From Carpediemonas membranifera BICM (Eukaryota; Protista; Fornicata): a stretch of DNA of 64,000 nucleotides. A model generated the notes under the pieces. The model was not told the origin of the DNA, searched no databases, and saw only the letters and a program-made list of their open reading frames with translations. Every line of letters starts with the position of its first letter. The first letter of the stretch is position 1. Where the stretch lies: positions 843,342-907,341 of the forward strand of contig JAHDYR010000005.1 of the NCBI GenBank assembly GCA_019828565.1. The letters are read 5' to 3'. Made by a program: the position numbers and the translations under genes. Positions 1-9,027 of the stretch are shown here, piece by piece.

Positions 1-1195
1 ACTCGGTAACGAACGGCCCGAAGGTCAGCACCACGCCGTCGTCTGACCCGGACACCAGGAACCTCCCGGTGACCTCTGCGGCGTCGTCTACTGACACGGT
101 GGCAGGGGCTGACACGGCCATGGTGAGAACCATGGAGTCGTGGCCCTGCAGAGTCCGCTCGAGGGCGCCGGTGAGGGAGTTGTACAGCATAAGAGTGCCC
201 GTCAAGCTAGCGGCGGCCACAATGGGCGATGTTCCGAGGAATGCGAGCCTGGACACACCGTGCTCGCCGAGACTAATGGAGTGGCGCACAGTTAGATTCG
301 TCATGTTAATCAGGATGAAGTGCCCGTCGTTGTCGCAGGCCGCCACGACAGCATGCTTAGGGCTGGCGGCTATCGCCTCCACCGAGGGGGGGAAGTCCGG
401 GTTCTCCACAGTGGGAGTCGTCCGCAGTTTAGCCATCGCGCGGGCAGACTGTATGTTGGTGACCACGACGTTGCCCTCGAGGTCTCCGGTAAGCAGTAGC
501 TGCCCGTTGGGGTGGACCGTGAGGCACGTGACGGGGGTGTCGCCATGAAACTCAGGCCCGCTCAGGACGGCCGTGGCGGCCCCGGTGATGGGGTTCCACA
601 GGCGGATGGACCCGTCGTGGCCTGCAGAGATGACCCCCTTGCCGTCGATAGTGAAACCGCCGCATGTGACGGCACCACTGTGGCCTGTGAGCGTCGCCAT
701 GTAGCGCGCATCCTCCTGGCCGGCAGTAGTCTTGATGTGCCACAACCAGCATGTGCCATCGCCGAAACCGCCCATGATTACGTTCCCCTTCGGGTGCCAG
801 GCGAGCCACTCAGCGCCCTCGCTGGAGCCCTCGCACGTGGCAATGAGCTTGCCCATGGCATTCTCAGTAGTTCTGTACACACGGATGACGCCGTCGAGGC
901 ATGCGGTGGCCACAAGGCTATTGTCGAAGTTGAAAGCCGTCGCGACGACGGACTCGCCGTGGCCTTCGAGCTCGGCGAGAACACGGCCTTCTTCACCGCG
1001 AACAAGGAATGCACGGTCATCACCGCCTCCGGTACACAACAAAAGAGGGTCTGTGGACGAAGAGCTCGAGGATACGGCGTAAACAGGGCCGTCGTGGCCA
1101 GCAAAGTAGCACACGGCATCGCTGTGCTGCTGGGGAATCTCCCCAGTCATATCTTCGTCCATCTGCTCAGCTGCCATCGCTTGCTCCTCAGACAT
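1..1195 (-). CDS. SQT1: WD40 protein, AAMP/Sqt1-like ribosome assembly chaperone (3' end runs off the window)
   Basis: Not in the ORF track because it has no stop in the window. Manual translation from ATG 1195 gives MSEEQAMAAEQMDEDMTG...FAGHDGPVYAV...TGGGDDRAFL...GHGESVVATAFNFDNSLVATACLDG...WLAWHPKGNVIMGGFGDG, an acidic N-terminus plus WD repeats typical of AAMP/Sqt1. Confidence 0.75.
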   Translation of the reverse strand, partial: MSEEQAMAAEQMDEDMTGEIPQQHSDAVCYFAGHDGPVYAVSSSSSSTDPLLLCTGGGDDRAFLVRGEEGRVLAELEGHGESVVATAFNFDNSLVATACLDGVIRVYRTTENAMGKLIATCEGSSEGAEWLAWHPKGNVIMGGFGDGTCWLWHIKTTAGQEDARYMATLTGHSGAVTCGGFTIDGKGVISAGHDGSIRLWNPITGAATAVLSGPEFHGDTPVTCLTVHPNGQLLLTGDLEGNVVVTNIQSARAMAKLRTTPTVENPDFPPSVEAIAASPKHAVVAACDNDGHFILINMTNLTVRHSISLGEHGVSRLAFLGTSPIVAAASLTGTLMLYNSLTGALERTLQGHDSMVLTMAVSAPATVSVDDAAEVTGRFLVSGSDDGVVLTFGPFVTE

Positions 1196-1349
1196 TTGCT
1201 CACACGGCTGCTCACTTCGGGCTCGACCCGAAAACGACTGTGGCTGATGGAAATGGCGGAATGCCAAGACAAAGAGTGATACGTGCGCTGTGAATCAGTG
1301 CCCTACCATGCCAACACTGCCAAGCTTTCTAAATTCGAAAATATACAGT

Positions 1350-2161
1350 TTATTCCGCGATTGAAAGCCATCTGAGGCAGTCGGCGATGGCGTCCTGCAG
1401 CATCAGCGCAGACACCGCCATCTCACTAGTGCGCACCTCTTCGAGAGACCCGAACTGCTTCCGGGCATCCATGAGCGCGCAATTCTGTTTCCGGGCGGTC
1501 TGGACGTAGTGGAGGACGTCGCCGACGGTGTCGTTCACCTTCCGCTCAATGATGTCGTTGCCGATCATAGCAACGTCGGGTGTGGCTGCAAACGAGGTCT
1601 TGGACCTGAGGAGCTGAGCGAGAACCTTCTCCTGCGCATTGGGGCGGATGGTGACGGGGATCTCGCGCTGGATCTCGTCAGCGGGGAGGGTGTTCAGGTT
1701 GCCAGCGTGAATGGCTTCCATGGCCTTCTCGGTAAGCGTGAAGGCCCGGATGGCGAGGCTACCGTATGTGAAGGCGACGGGGTCAACAAAAAGCATGCAC
1801 GCCTGGGGGTTCTCCTTCTGGAGCTTGGCGTGGTAGTTGAGGGACTGGATGCTCTTGGCGCAGGTCTTCTGCACCACACTCCTGAAAACACCGACAAACT
1901 GAGGATCAACGTGGACGTCCTGAAGGCACTTATTCATATCGATCGAGAACTGATCGTTGGTGATCTGAGAGGACTCGACAGTCTCGGAAGGCTCGGGAAC
2001 GGCGTAGGTGATCTCACAGACGCCGTCCTTGTGGACAAAACCGTACAGCCTTCCAGTGCAGTCAGAAAAGCCGATCTGGGAAAGCTGCATGATGCTCTAT
2101 GTAAGAATTAAGAGTTAGTTGATGGAATACGCACCATGCCATTGAGAATAACACGCTCCAT
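1350..2161 (-). CDS. EIF3H: eIF3 subunit h (MPN domain); exon 1 at 2161-2135, exon 2 at 2096-1350
   Basis: GRLYG...CEITYAVPEP...DMNKCLQDVHVDPQFVGVFRS...MLFVDP...GSLAIRAFTLT matches the eIF3h MPN pattern. Upstream exon MERVILNGM joins in frame after removing a 38-nt intron. Confidence 0.75.
2097..2134 (-). other. Spliceosomal intron (38 nt) in eIF3h
   Basis: GTGCGT donor, ACTAAC branch point, TAG acceptor. Removal joins the two exons in frame. Confidence 0.8.
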
Positions 2162-2370
2162 TGCCTGTAAGCTGCACTTCGTTCTCCGAGCAACTTTTTT
2201 TCACACATGCTTTAAAGTGCGCCAATTTTGCCTGAAAGACCTGACACACGCTGTCGCTCTGTCCGCCATCCACAGCCACCCTACACCGCCCATTTAATAA
2301 TATAAATAATTGTTGCGTGATTCAGGGAAAGCCGAGTGCACACTTGGTCTCGACCGGCAAGTCGATGGGC

Positions 2371-3501
2371 TCATTCCGGAATAAAATATGATGCAAACAC
2401 GTCCCCGCTCATCGACACACTCTTAGAGCCCATCATGGCGGCCTCACGCATGGCCCCCACCCCAACGGCGGGCAGCTTATGCTCCAACAAAACGCGGACA
2501 GTGCCCACGGTCGCCGGGTCCCGCACGGTCATGCCCTGCACTGCGGCCAGGGCGATGGCCGGGGTGAGCTTGGCGTTGACCGGGGTGGTCTGGATGGCGT
2601 GGATGTCGGCCCCGACCATAGCCCGGACGGAGAGTGACTGCACGTGACTCGAGACCTTGTCCGCCACGGCAGACGCAATGAGGGACAGGCCCGAGGTCAC
2701 CTCAGCGCCGTTCTTCCACTCCACCGCAAACACCAGCGTCGTCGTGGGTTTAGAGGGCTGCGGGAGGGTGATGACGGGCTCGACCTTCACCTCGCCGAGA
2801 CCAGCAAGGGAGGCCTGGATCTCAGCCACCAGGGACGTGGCCGTGTGCACGGTCTGGACGAAGATGCTGTGCTCAGCCCATTGGGGGATCGCCGCACCTC
2901 GGAGCGTGGAGGGAGAGTCGGGTAGAATGTTGAAGCCACGGCCCTTAAGCGCACTGATGCACGCCTGGCGCACCCTTGAGATCATCAACCCGGCGTCCAA
3001 AGCTGTGCCCGTCACTGCGACACGAAGAGTCGTGGCGCTCTGGCCGTGGTTCCAGTCCGGGGAGGCCCGGCGGAGATGCTCGGGCGATGGCTTGACTGGT
3101 GTGGGCGTCGCTCCTCCTATTGCTAGGGCTGGGGCGTGGTCCAGGGCGTATGCGGCCATGGGTAGGAGGGTGCCGGCCTGGATGCTGTCCGTGGCCCAGC
3201 GGCGTCGGATCAAGGGCGTGGCGCCGTATTCTGAGGACATGGCTGCGGTTGCTACGTTGGCTAGAACGGCTGTAACGCTTGAACTGAACTGATTCGTCAC
3301 CGTTCCGCCGTTTGACTTGATCACGCTGATCAAGGCGTTGTTGTCGGACGAACCCTCGTGAATGAGCAGCACCACGCCATTCAGTACATTAGAAGTCTTT
3401 GCTTGTGGTGAAAATGCGGCCACAGCACGTGGTGAGACCGGGCACATTCCAGTCGTCGGCAGCAACGGGCGCCCGCAGTCGGCCGAGTCAAAACCGCTCA
3501 T
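2371..3501 (-). CDS. BRCT-domain protein (BRCT resembles the Rev1 type; no polymerase catalytic motifs)
   Basis: LNGVVLLI...IKSNGGTVTNQFSSSVTAVLA...LIRRRWATDSIQAGTLLPMAAY fits the BRCT consensus (GG, then W..DS...G.LL). Confidence 0.65.
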   Translation of the reverse strand: MSGFDSADCGRPLLPTTGMCPVSPRAVAAFSPQAKTSNVLNGVVLLIHEGSSDNNALISVIKSNGGTVTNQFSSSVTAVLANVATAAMSSEYGATPLIRRRWATDSIQAGTLLPMAAYALDHAPALAIGGATPTPVKPSPEHLRRASPDWNHGQSATTLRVAVTGTALDAGLMISRVRQACISALKGRGFNILPDSPSTLRGAAIPQWAEHSIFVQTVHTATSLVAEIQASLAGLGEVKVEPVITLPQPSKPTTTLVFAVEWKNGAEVTSGLSLIASAVADKVSSHVQSLSVRAMVGADIHAIQTTPVNAKLTPAIALAAVQGMTVRDPATVGTVRVLLEHKLPAVGVGAMREAAMMGSKSVSMSGDVFASYFIPE

Positions 3502-3547
3502 GAGGGGCTCAGCCCTTGCCTGCAGCAGTAAGATACAGCTTTACATG

Positions 3548-5467
3548 TTACTTTGCATCAAATCGGATAATATACTCTTCGCCTGCCACGTAATTCTCCC
3601 GGAACTGCTGAAGCTCATCATCAGTCAGCACCGACAACCTACTCAGCATCCGCTCGCACCGGGCGCGGTACACCGCAGAGGGCCGGTCGTACTGCATACC
3701 GAGGCACGCGTCGAAGCAGTCTTTGGCGAGATCGAATTCGCAGTCCCGGAAGGCCCACAGCCCGCGCCACCAGAAGTCGAGGAACTCGTCGAGGTACCCG
3801 TCGTACGAGGCGGGGTCGAGGACGTCGAACAGGTGGGACGAGTCGGACTTTCCGACGACGCACACCGTGTCGAGCAGGCGGACGTAGATCTTGGCCTCGG
3901 AACCCTCGGTCTGGCCGAGCATATCGTCGATGGTCGGGCCGAACGCGTCGCGGTCGAGGGAGAAACTCTCGGTGTAGGCCTGCGAGGCGTACGAGCTGAC
4001 CTGGATGTTGTGGACATACGCGTCCTTCGCGTTGAACAGGGCCGCAGGCGGGGCAGTGGCGGGGGAGGCGGCGTCGATATCGTCGCCCATCATCGAGGCC
4101 AGCGACATGACCTGCTCGGCCTCGTCCTCGTCGGACATATATTGGTCGAGGGCGGCCATGGAGGGCTCCACAGTATACCGCACGTCGTCTCGCCGCACGC
4201 TGGTGTCGGACTCGTGCTTGTGCAGCTCGTAGAAGCGGGCCAGGTGGGCGGCCGGCTCAATCGGGCTGTCCGGATGCAGCGTCGGGGCCGTGGCGATGGT
4301 CGGGCACGCGTACCGCTTGGTCAGGGACTCTACCCGACTGGCCTCGTTGACGGGGTTCCCGATGGCCGTGGCGTCCATGCGGAGGCGGTCCCCCACCGTG
4401 CCGAGGGTGACGGTGCCCGTGCTGATGCCGATGCCCATCTGGATGGGGGACAGACCCGCGGTGACCCGCTTCTTGTTGTAGTCGTTCACGGCCCGCTGCA
4501 GGCCGACGGAGCAGTTTAGGGCGTTGCCGGCGTCCGTGAACAGCGCCATGATTGCATCGCCGATGAACTTGTCTACAAAGCCCCCGTTGATGCGGATGAC
4601 CGGCGAGAGGTACATAAAGAGTTCGTTGAGCATCTCGATGGTGCCAGACGGGCCGACGGTTTCGGATATGGTCGTGAACGAGCGAATGTCCGTGAAGAGT
4701 ACCGTCAGCTCCATCTTACGGTACATGCCCTCCTGGACGTCGTTGATGTCATTAACGTTCAGCAGCTCGAGGAAGTCCACGGGGACGAAACGCTCGTAGG
4801 CGCAGCGAAGCTTCAGCATCGTCATGGAGTTAGTGTGCTCCTCCCCGGGCGACGGGGGCACGGAGGCAGTGATGGCTCGAGTTAGCGGTGATGGGACGAA
4901 TTCAAAGGAATCGGGCGACGGCTTCCCGCCCCCCCTGAAGCGACGGAACATCGAGGGCGACCGGGACATCTTGTTGAGCATGCTGCCATCTATTGGTGCG
5001 AGGTCAGACGACTTGTGGTGGTATCTGTCGTCCTTGGACTCGCCCATCTCGCACGAGTCCGTGCCAAACTTGATATGCTCGAGCAGCGCGAGATACGTGA
5101 GGCGCTCATCCTCAGATCCGCAACACGATATCAGGCACTTCTTGCCTGACTGGATGAAGAAACAGAACTGGACTGAGCTGTGTGAAAAGTGTTCGCGCGA
5201 AAACAAACCTGTCGGCAACACCGAAATCGTCAATGTCATCTGAGTAGTAGATCGTAAGAGGCTTGAGACCTTTCTGGTACGTGATGTAGTCTGCATAAAT
5301 ACGGCGTAGAGGCACTACAAACCTTGGTAGTACGCAAACGAGCGAGGAGTGACGACGAAATACCTCCGCTTCCAGTTTTTGGTCCGTTTGAAGAGATATC
5401 CTTCTTTAAGTGGCTGGTCAATACCTCGATGTCCTCGTTCGGTACTGTTTTCATTTGCCATGGCCAT
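3548..5467 (-). CDS. PH domain plus class III (bacterial-type) adenylyl cyclase; 3 exons (5467-5323, 5290-5209, 5177-3548)
   Basis: PH motif KEGYLFKRTKNWKRRYFVV...FCFFIQ...EDERLTYLALL is restored by removing two introns. Cyclase motifs are VLFTDIRSFT, VDKFIGDAIMALF, GIGISTG and IGNPVNEASRVE. Confidence 0.85.
5178..5208 (-). other. Spliceosomal intron (31 nt) in the PH-cyclase gene
   Basis: GTTTGT...ACAG. Removal shifts into the frame of the long cyclase ORF (VAD-S-SVQFCFFI). Confidence 0.75.
5291..5322 (-). other. Spliceosomal intron (32 nt) in the PH-cyclase gene
   Basis: GTTTGT...GCAG. It contains the in-frame stop of the first exon, and removal continues the PH domain (YYQ-D-YITYQK). Confidence 0.75.
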
Positions 5468-5780
5468 GGCCGCTTGGAGCAGCACAAGTACTCGATCCGA
5501 GCATTTTAAGGCTATGTCATGCGACCTCAAGGTAGGGTATGAGATGCTTCAGCAAGTTCTTTGCCACCAGTCTAACCCCCTTTTAATTGTTTCCAATTAT
5601 GGATCGGCAAGTTTTGAATCACAAAATTGATTAAGAGATGATTTTGGCGGTCACTACAGCCGTGAATCGGTTATTCTGGGGCTCTCTACTCACTAATCGG
5701 AAAGATTCTATCGGGTGCAGGCTAAGGAGATTTCCGTTATTCCTCTCTCGAAATTCTCACCCGAAGGAGCGCTTGTCACC

Positions 5781-7496
5781 ATGAGTCAAGCGTCATTCGT
5801 TGATAGACAAAGGATGTGGTGGAGCGTTGTGCTCAAAAAACGCGATGTTAAGCGCGAGGAGCGCGAAAAAGAAAGAAAGGAAGCTGAAATGAAGGAACTA
5901 CGTGACAGCCCAACGATCACAAAGCTTGCGAAGCAACTACAGCGCAGTGGTGGCGATGTGGTGCAGTTTCAGCGCGAGTGGGCCGAACAACAGAAGAGAC
6001 ACATTGAGGCCAAGCGCACACAGGCGGAGGCGGAGGAGATGGTGGGCGCCACGTTCACACCAAAGCTCAATGCCCGCTCTGAAAAGCTTGCACGGCGGCG
6101 TCCTCGTCCGGCGAACAACATTGAGGTCGCGCTTATCCAACAAGGGACAATTGACGCAGAGAACAGGCAGCGGGTGCAGCAGGAGTGCATGCTCAAGGGC
6201 CTCACGGGCACTCCACAGATCACCAGACGAGCCAGAGACTTGCAGCGCGAGGACGACGTGTGCGAGCGTCTGTACCGTCTGGACGAGTCGAAGCGTCGAA
6301 GCCACGAGGAGGCCCGCATCGTCAAGCATGCCGAGGCGATCAGCATGGCCACGCCCGCTACTAACACGAGCGGCTACGAGCGGAGCAGGGCACTCCCAAT
6401 CGAGGACGACATTCTCCTCCGGGATGCCCACCGCCGGAACCTCATTAATCAAAAGATGACAATTCTTGAGGAACTCAACCGCAAGGCCCGCAAACCGATG
6501 ATCAATAAGAACTCAGAACGTATAGCCCGTGAGAAGAGGGAGCTGGAGAAGGAGCTGCATGCCCTGTATGGCGACAAGGCCCAGTTCGAGCGTGTCCGAA
6601 AGAAGTACGTGCCCGAGCAGCCCACGTTCACTCCCACGATTAACAAAGTCAGCAAGGACATGGAGAAGGCCCGCTTCACGTCCACCGAGGAGCACATTGA
6701 GTGGCTACACATGTCCCGGGAGCTGGCAGGGCCCCAAGAGCACGTGCCCACGGCATCCGAGCTCGAGGACTTGGCGGAGTCGACGTTTAAGCCGAAGATC
6801 ACGACTCCGCCCGTCCCGCTGCCCCAGGGCGACGTGGTTGACCGGCTCTACAGCTGGAAGCACGCCAAGGAGGAGCGGCTGTACGAGGCCCAGGTGAACA
6901 AGGTCGTGGAGGAGCCCAGCTACTCCTTCACCCCGGCCATCAACAGGGAAGTGCCCAAGCCCGAGCCTGCCCAGGAAATCGTAGGGATCGACTCGTACGT
7001 TGAACGACAGAGGAAGGCGAGGGCCATGAGGGCCGCTAAGGAGCAGGACATGGGCCCTAACCGGAGATGGAAGCCCCGCGTGACCAGGCCCAAGGAGTTC
7101 CACTTCCACACCCGTCCCAGGGTCAGGATCACCGCCCTCGAGCGGCCCTCGGACGGGGGGAAAGCGCGCAGGATACGCCGCTCGAGTCGGAGTCAGTCGG
7201 AGTTGTCGATGACCGACACGGCTGACACTACAGAGCCGGACCAGAGCCCGGGACTTGGCACACTGAAGGTCGCCCCACCCTCGCTTGACCTGCCCCCTCC
7301 GCCCGAGCCTGTCGAGGTCATGTCGCCCGATGTGATCACGGACTACAGCGTCATCCTGTCTCGAGTGGAGCCTACCTCTGAGCCGGCCACCCCCGACCAT
7401 GCCCAGATGCGGGCGGATAGGGACAAGACGATGACAGGCATCCGGGAGGCCGTGCGGCGACCATGGCGCGACAGCGCGATGAAGGCGTCGGCGTGA
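5781..7496 (+). CDS. Coiled-coil protein with repeated F-x-P-x-I/L-N motifs (probable microtubule/cilia-associated protein, TPX2/FAM161-like motif)
   Basis: First ATG at 5781. Charged helices are interspersed with TFTPKLN, FTPTINK, FKPKIT, FTPAINR and VTRPKEFHFHT. Confidence 0.6.
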   Translation: MSQASFVDRQRMWWSVVLKKRDVKREEREKERKEAEMKELRDSPTITKLAKQLQRSGGDVVQFQREWAEQQKRHIEAKRTQAEAEEMVGATFTPKLNARSEKLARRRPRPANNIEVALIQQGTIDAENRQRVQQECMLKGLTGTPQITRRARDLQREDDVCERLYRLDESKRRSHEEARIVKHAEAISMATPATNTSGYERSRALPIEDDILLRDAHRRNLINQKMTILEELNRKARKPMINKNSERIAREKRELEKELHALYGDKAQFERVRKKYVPEQPTFTPTINKVSKDMEKARFTSTEEHIEWLHMSRELAGPQEHVPTASELEDLAESTFKPKITTPPVPLPQGDVVDRLYSWKHAKEERLYEAQVNKVVEEPSYSFTPAINREVPKPEPAQEIVGIDSYVERQRKARAMRAAKEQDMGPNRRWKPRVTRPKEFHFHTRPRVRITALERPSDGGKARRIRRSSRSQSELSMTDTADTTEPDQSPGLGTLKVAPPSLDLPPPPEPVEVMSPDVITDYSVILSRVEPTSEPATPDHAQMRADRDKTMTGIREAVRRPWRDSAMKASA

Positions 7497-7779
7497 CGGT
7501 TGAGTAGGTGGTTTTCATAGATAAAGGTCGCAGTTCAGTTGGAGGCGTTGTTAGCCGGCATATTACGATGCACATGAAATAAGAAGATGCAGATGGAGCC
7601 ACTGTAAGAAACACGGCAGGGGAACGAGGTACACCCTTGTACCGTCTGGCCACGCAGCTGACGCGACTGGGATGCATCCGGAGATCAATCAGATCCGAGA
7701 TTTGATGAATTCCATCGATGCTATGACGCCACACTTCAGCAGAAACACCTTCACAGGTTAGCAAGCTACACAAGCAGCA

Positions 7780-8382
7780 ATGTTCAGCAGGTATGTTCCT
7801 GACAGCTTCAAACGCTCACACAGATCCATGTTCAACGTTTTCGACGACTTCTTCGCCCCCATGCCCCGCGTCTTCCTTGACGGCGGCTACTACGTCCGCA
7901 TCCCACGCGAGTACGCAAAGCAGGAGCCCTGCGAGGAGCAGCCCGCTCCACAGACCGCGCCCTCTGAGCCGAAGCCGGAGGGCAAGCCGGAGGAGACGGC
8001 CAAGACCAACCCCGAGCCGAGCCGGACCGAGCCGACGCCCGAGGAGCAGCGCGAGCCACCCGCCGCACCTGTCCGCGAGCCTGTGGTCCGCTTCAGCTCG
8101 ACCACGACCAGGACCGTCAACGGCGTGACCGAGACGACCCGCACCGTCCGCGGCGCCGACGGCAAGACGACGTCTGTCCACAGCCGCGCCATCGGCGACC
8201 GCGCTGTCGAGCTCATCCGGGAGGACGACGGCAAGGGCGGCCAGACCGAGACGCGCACGCTCATCGGCATGCATGACGACGACGCCGCCAAGTTCGACGA
8301 CGACTGGGCTGCGGCGGCGCGCGGCCTCCCTGTCATCGGGCGCCACGGCTTCCGCCGCATGCTCGAGAACAGCAGGGCGTAG
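7780..8382 (+). CDS. Myeloid leukemia factor (MLF)-like protein, copy 1
   Basis: C-terminal FSSTTTRTVNGVTETTRTVRGADG...HSRAIGDRAVELIRE...DDAAKFDDDW matches the MLF family pattern. Confidence 0.7.
   Translation: MFSRYVPDSFKRSHRSMFNVFDDFFAPMPRVFLDGGYYVRIPREYAKQEPCEEQPAPQTAPSEPKPEGKPEETAKTNPEPSRTEPTPEEQREPPAAPVREPVVRFSSTTTRTVNGVTETTRTVRGADGKTTSVHSRAIGDRAVELIREDDGKGGQTETRTLIGMHDDDAAKFDDDWAAAARGLPVIGRHGFRRMLENSRA
7791..7823 (+). other. Probable 33-nt in-frame intron in the MLF-like gene
   Basis: AG|GTATGT...CTCACACAG, the same size class as the other introns. Length is a multiple of 3 with no stop, so it cannot be proven from the reading frame. Confidence 0.6.
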
Positions 8383-9027
8383 AGTAAATGAGTAGTTCGT
8401 GTGTTGGTTGGGGGTTCGCAGGTCGCTGGTGCGGCGGGTTGGACCTGCGGGCAGCCGATGGCGGTGTGATCGCTGGGTCAATACCGGCCTGGGTGACTTC
8501 AGAAGCTGGAAGAGAGACTCCACTCTGGCATTTACTACGGCGCGACTCCAAGTCGTCGGCGCGGGTGCCTGGCAGATGCCGGGGCGGGTGTTTTTCCTTT
8601 GTACAGTGTGATGGTTTGGTGAGTGCTTAGTAGGTGGCATAGCCGTTGAGCATCTTGTTGTCGCCACGGATGCGGCGGGCGAGTGTCACGAGTCATGTCA
8701 TTACGACCTGCTCATCAGGTCGGCATGTCAAGTCGCGGCCGACTCCTCGACACGAAGCAACCGCTGCTGCTGTCTAGCTTAGCCGCGGTCCAGCCCGAAT
8801 ATGCGATCAACTGGGGCGGCAAGTATCTTATCAGCACAGTATCGGATGGCAGCAGGTGTGCAGGATTACATTTTAAGCCCGATTGAGCAGCTGGCAGTGT
8901 TGGACCGGTGGGACCGGTTACGTAATACATAATGCACATAATACATAAATCGATTGCATGTTATGTAATCCTCAAAAGAGTCCTCGTCAGCAGCAGTTTA
9001 TAAATGATGAATACAGTAGGGCATAGC

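Larger units (their letters stand above)
7651..8566. repeat. About 0.9 kb segment duplicated in inverted orientation at 59431-60337 (MLF-like gene plus flanks)
   Basis: Near-identical reverse-complement sequence with a few substitutions and indels. Confidence 0.9.

Noticed and set aside
3880-4290. Insertion within the adenylyl cyclase domain as another intein
   Set aside because: It has no N-terminal Cys/Ser block A, no TxxH and no terminal HN/GN. It is an acidic, low-complexity loop.
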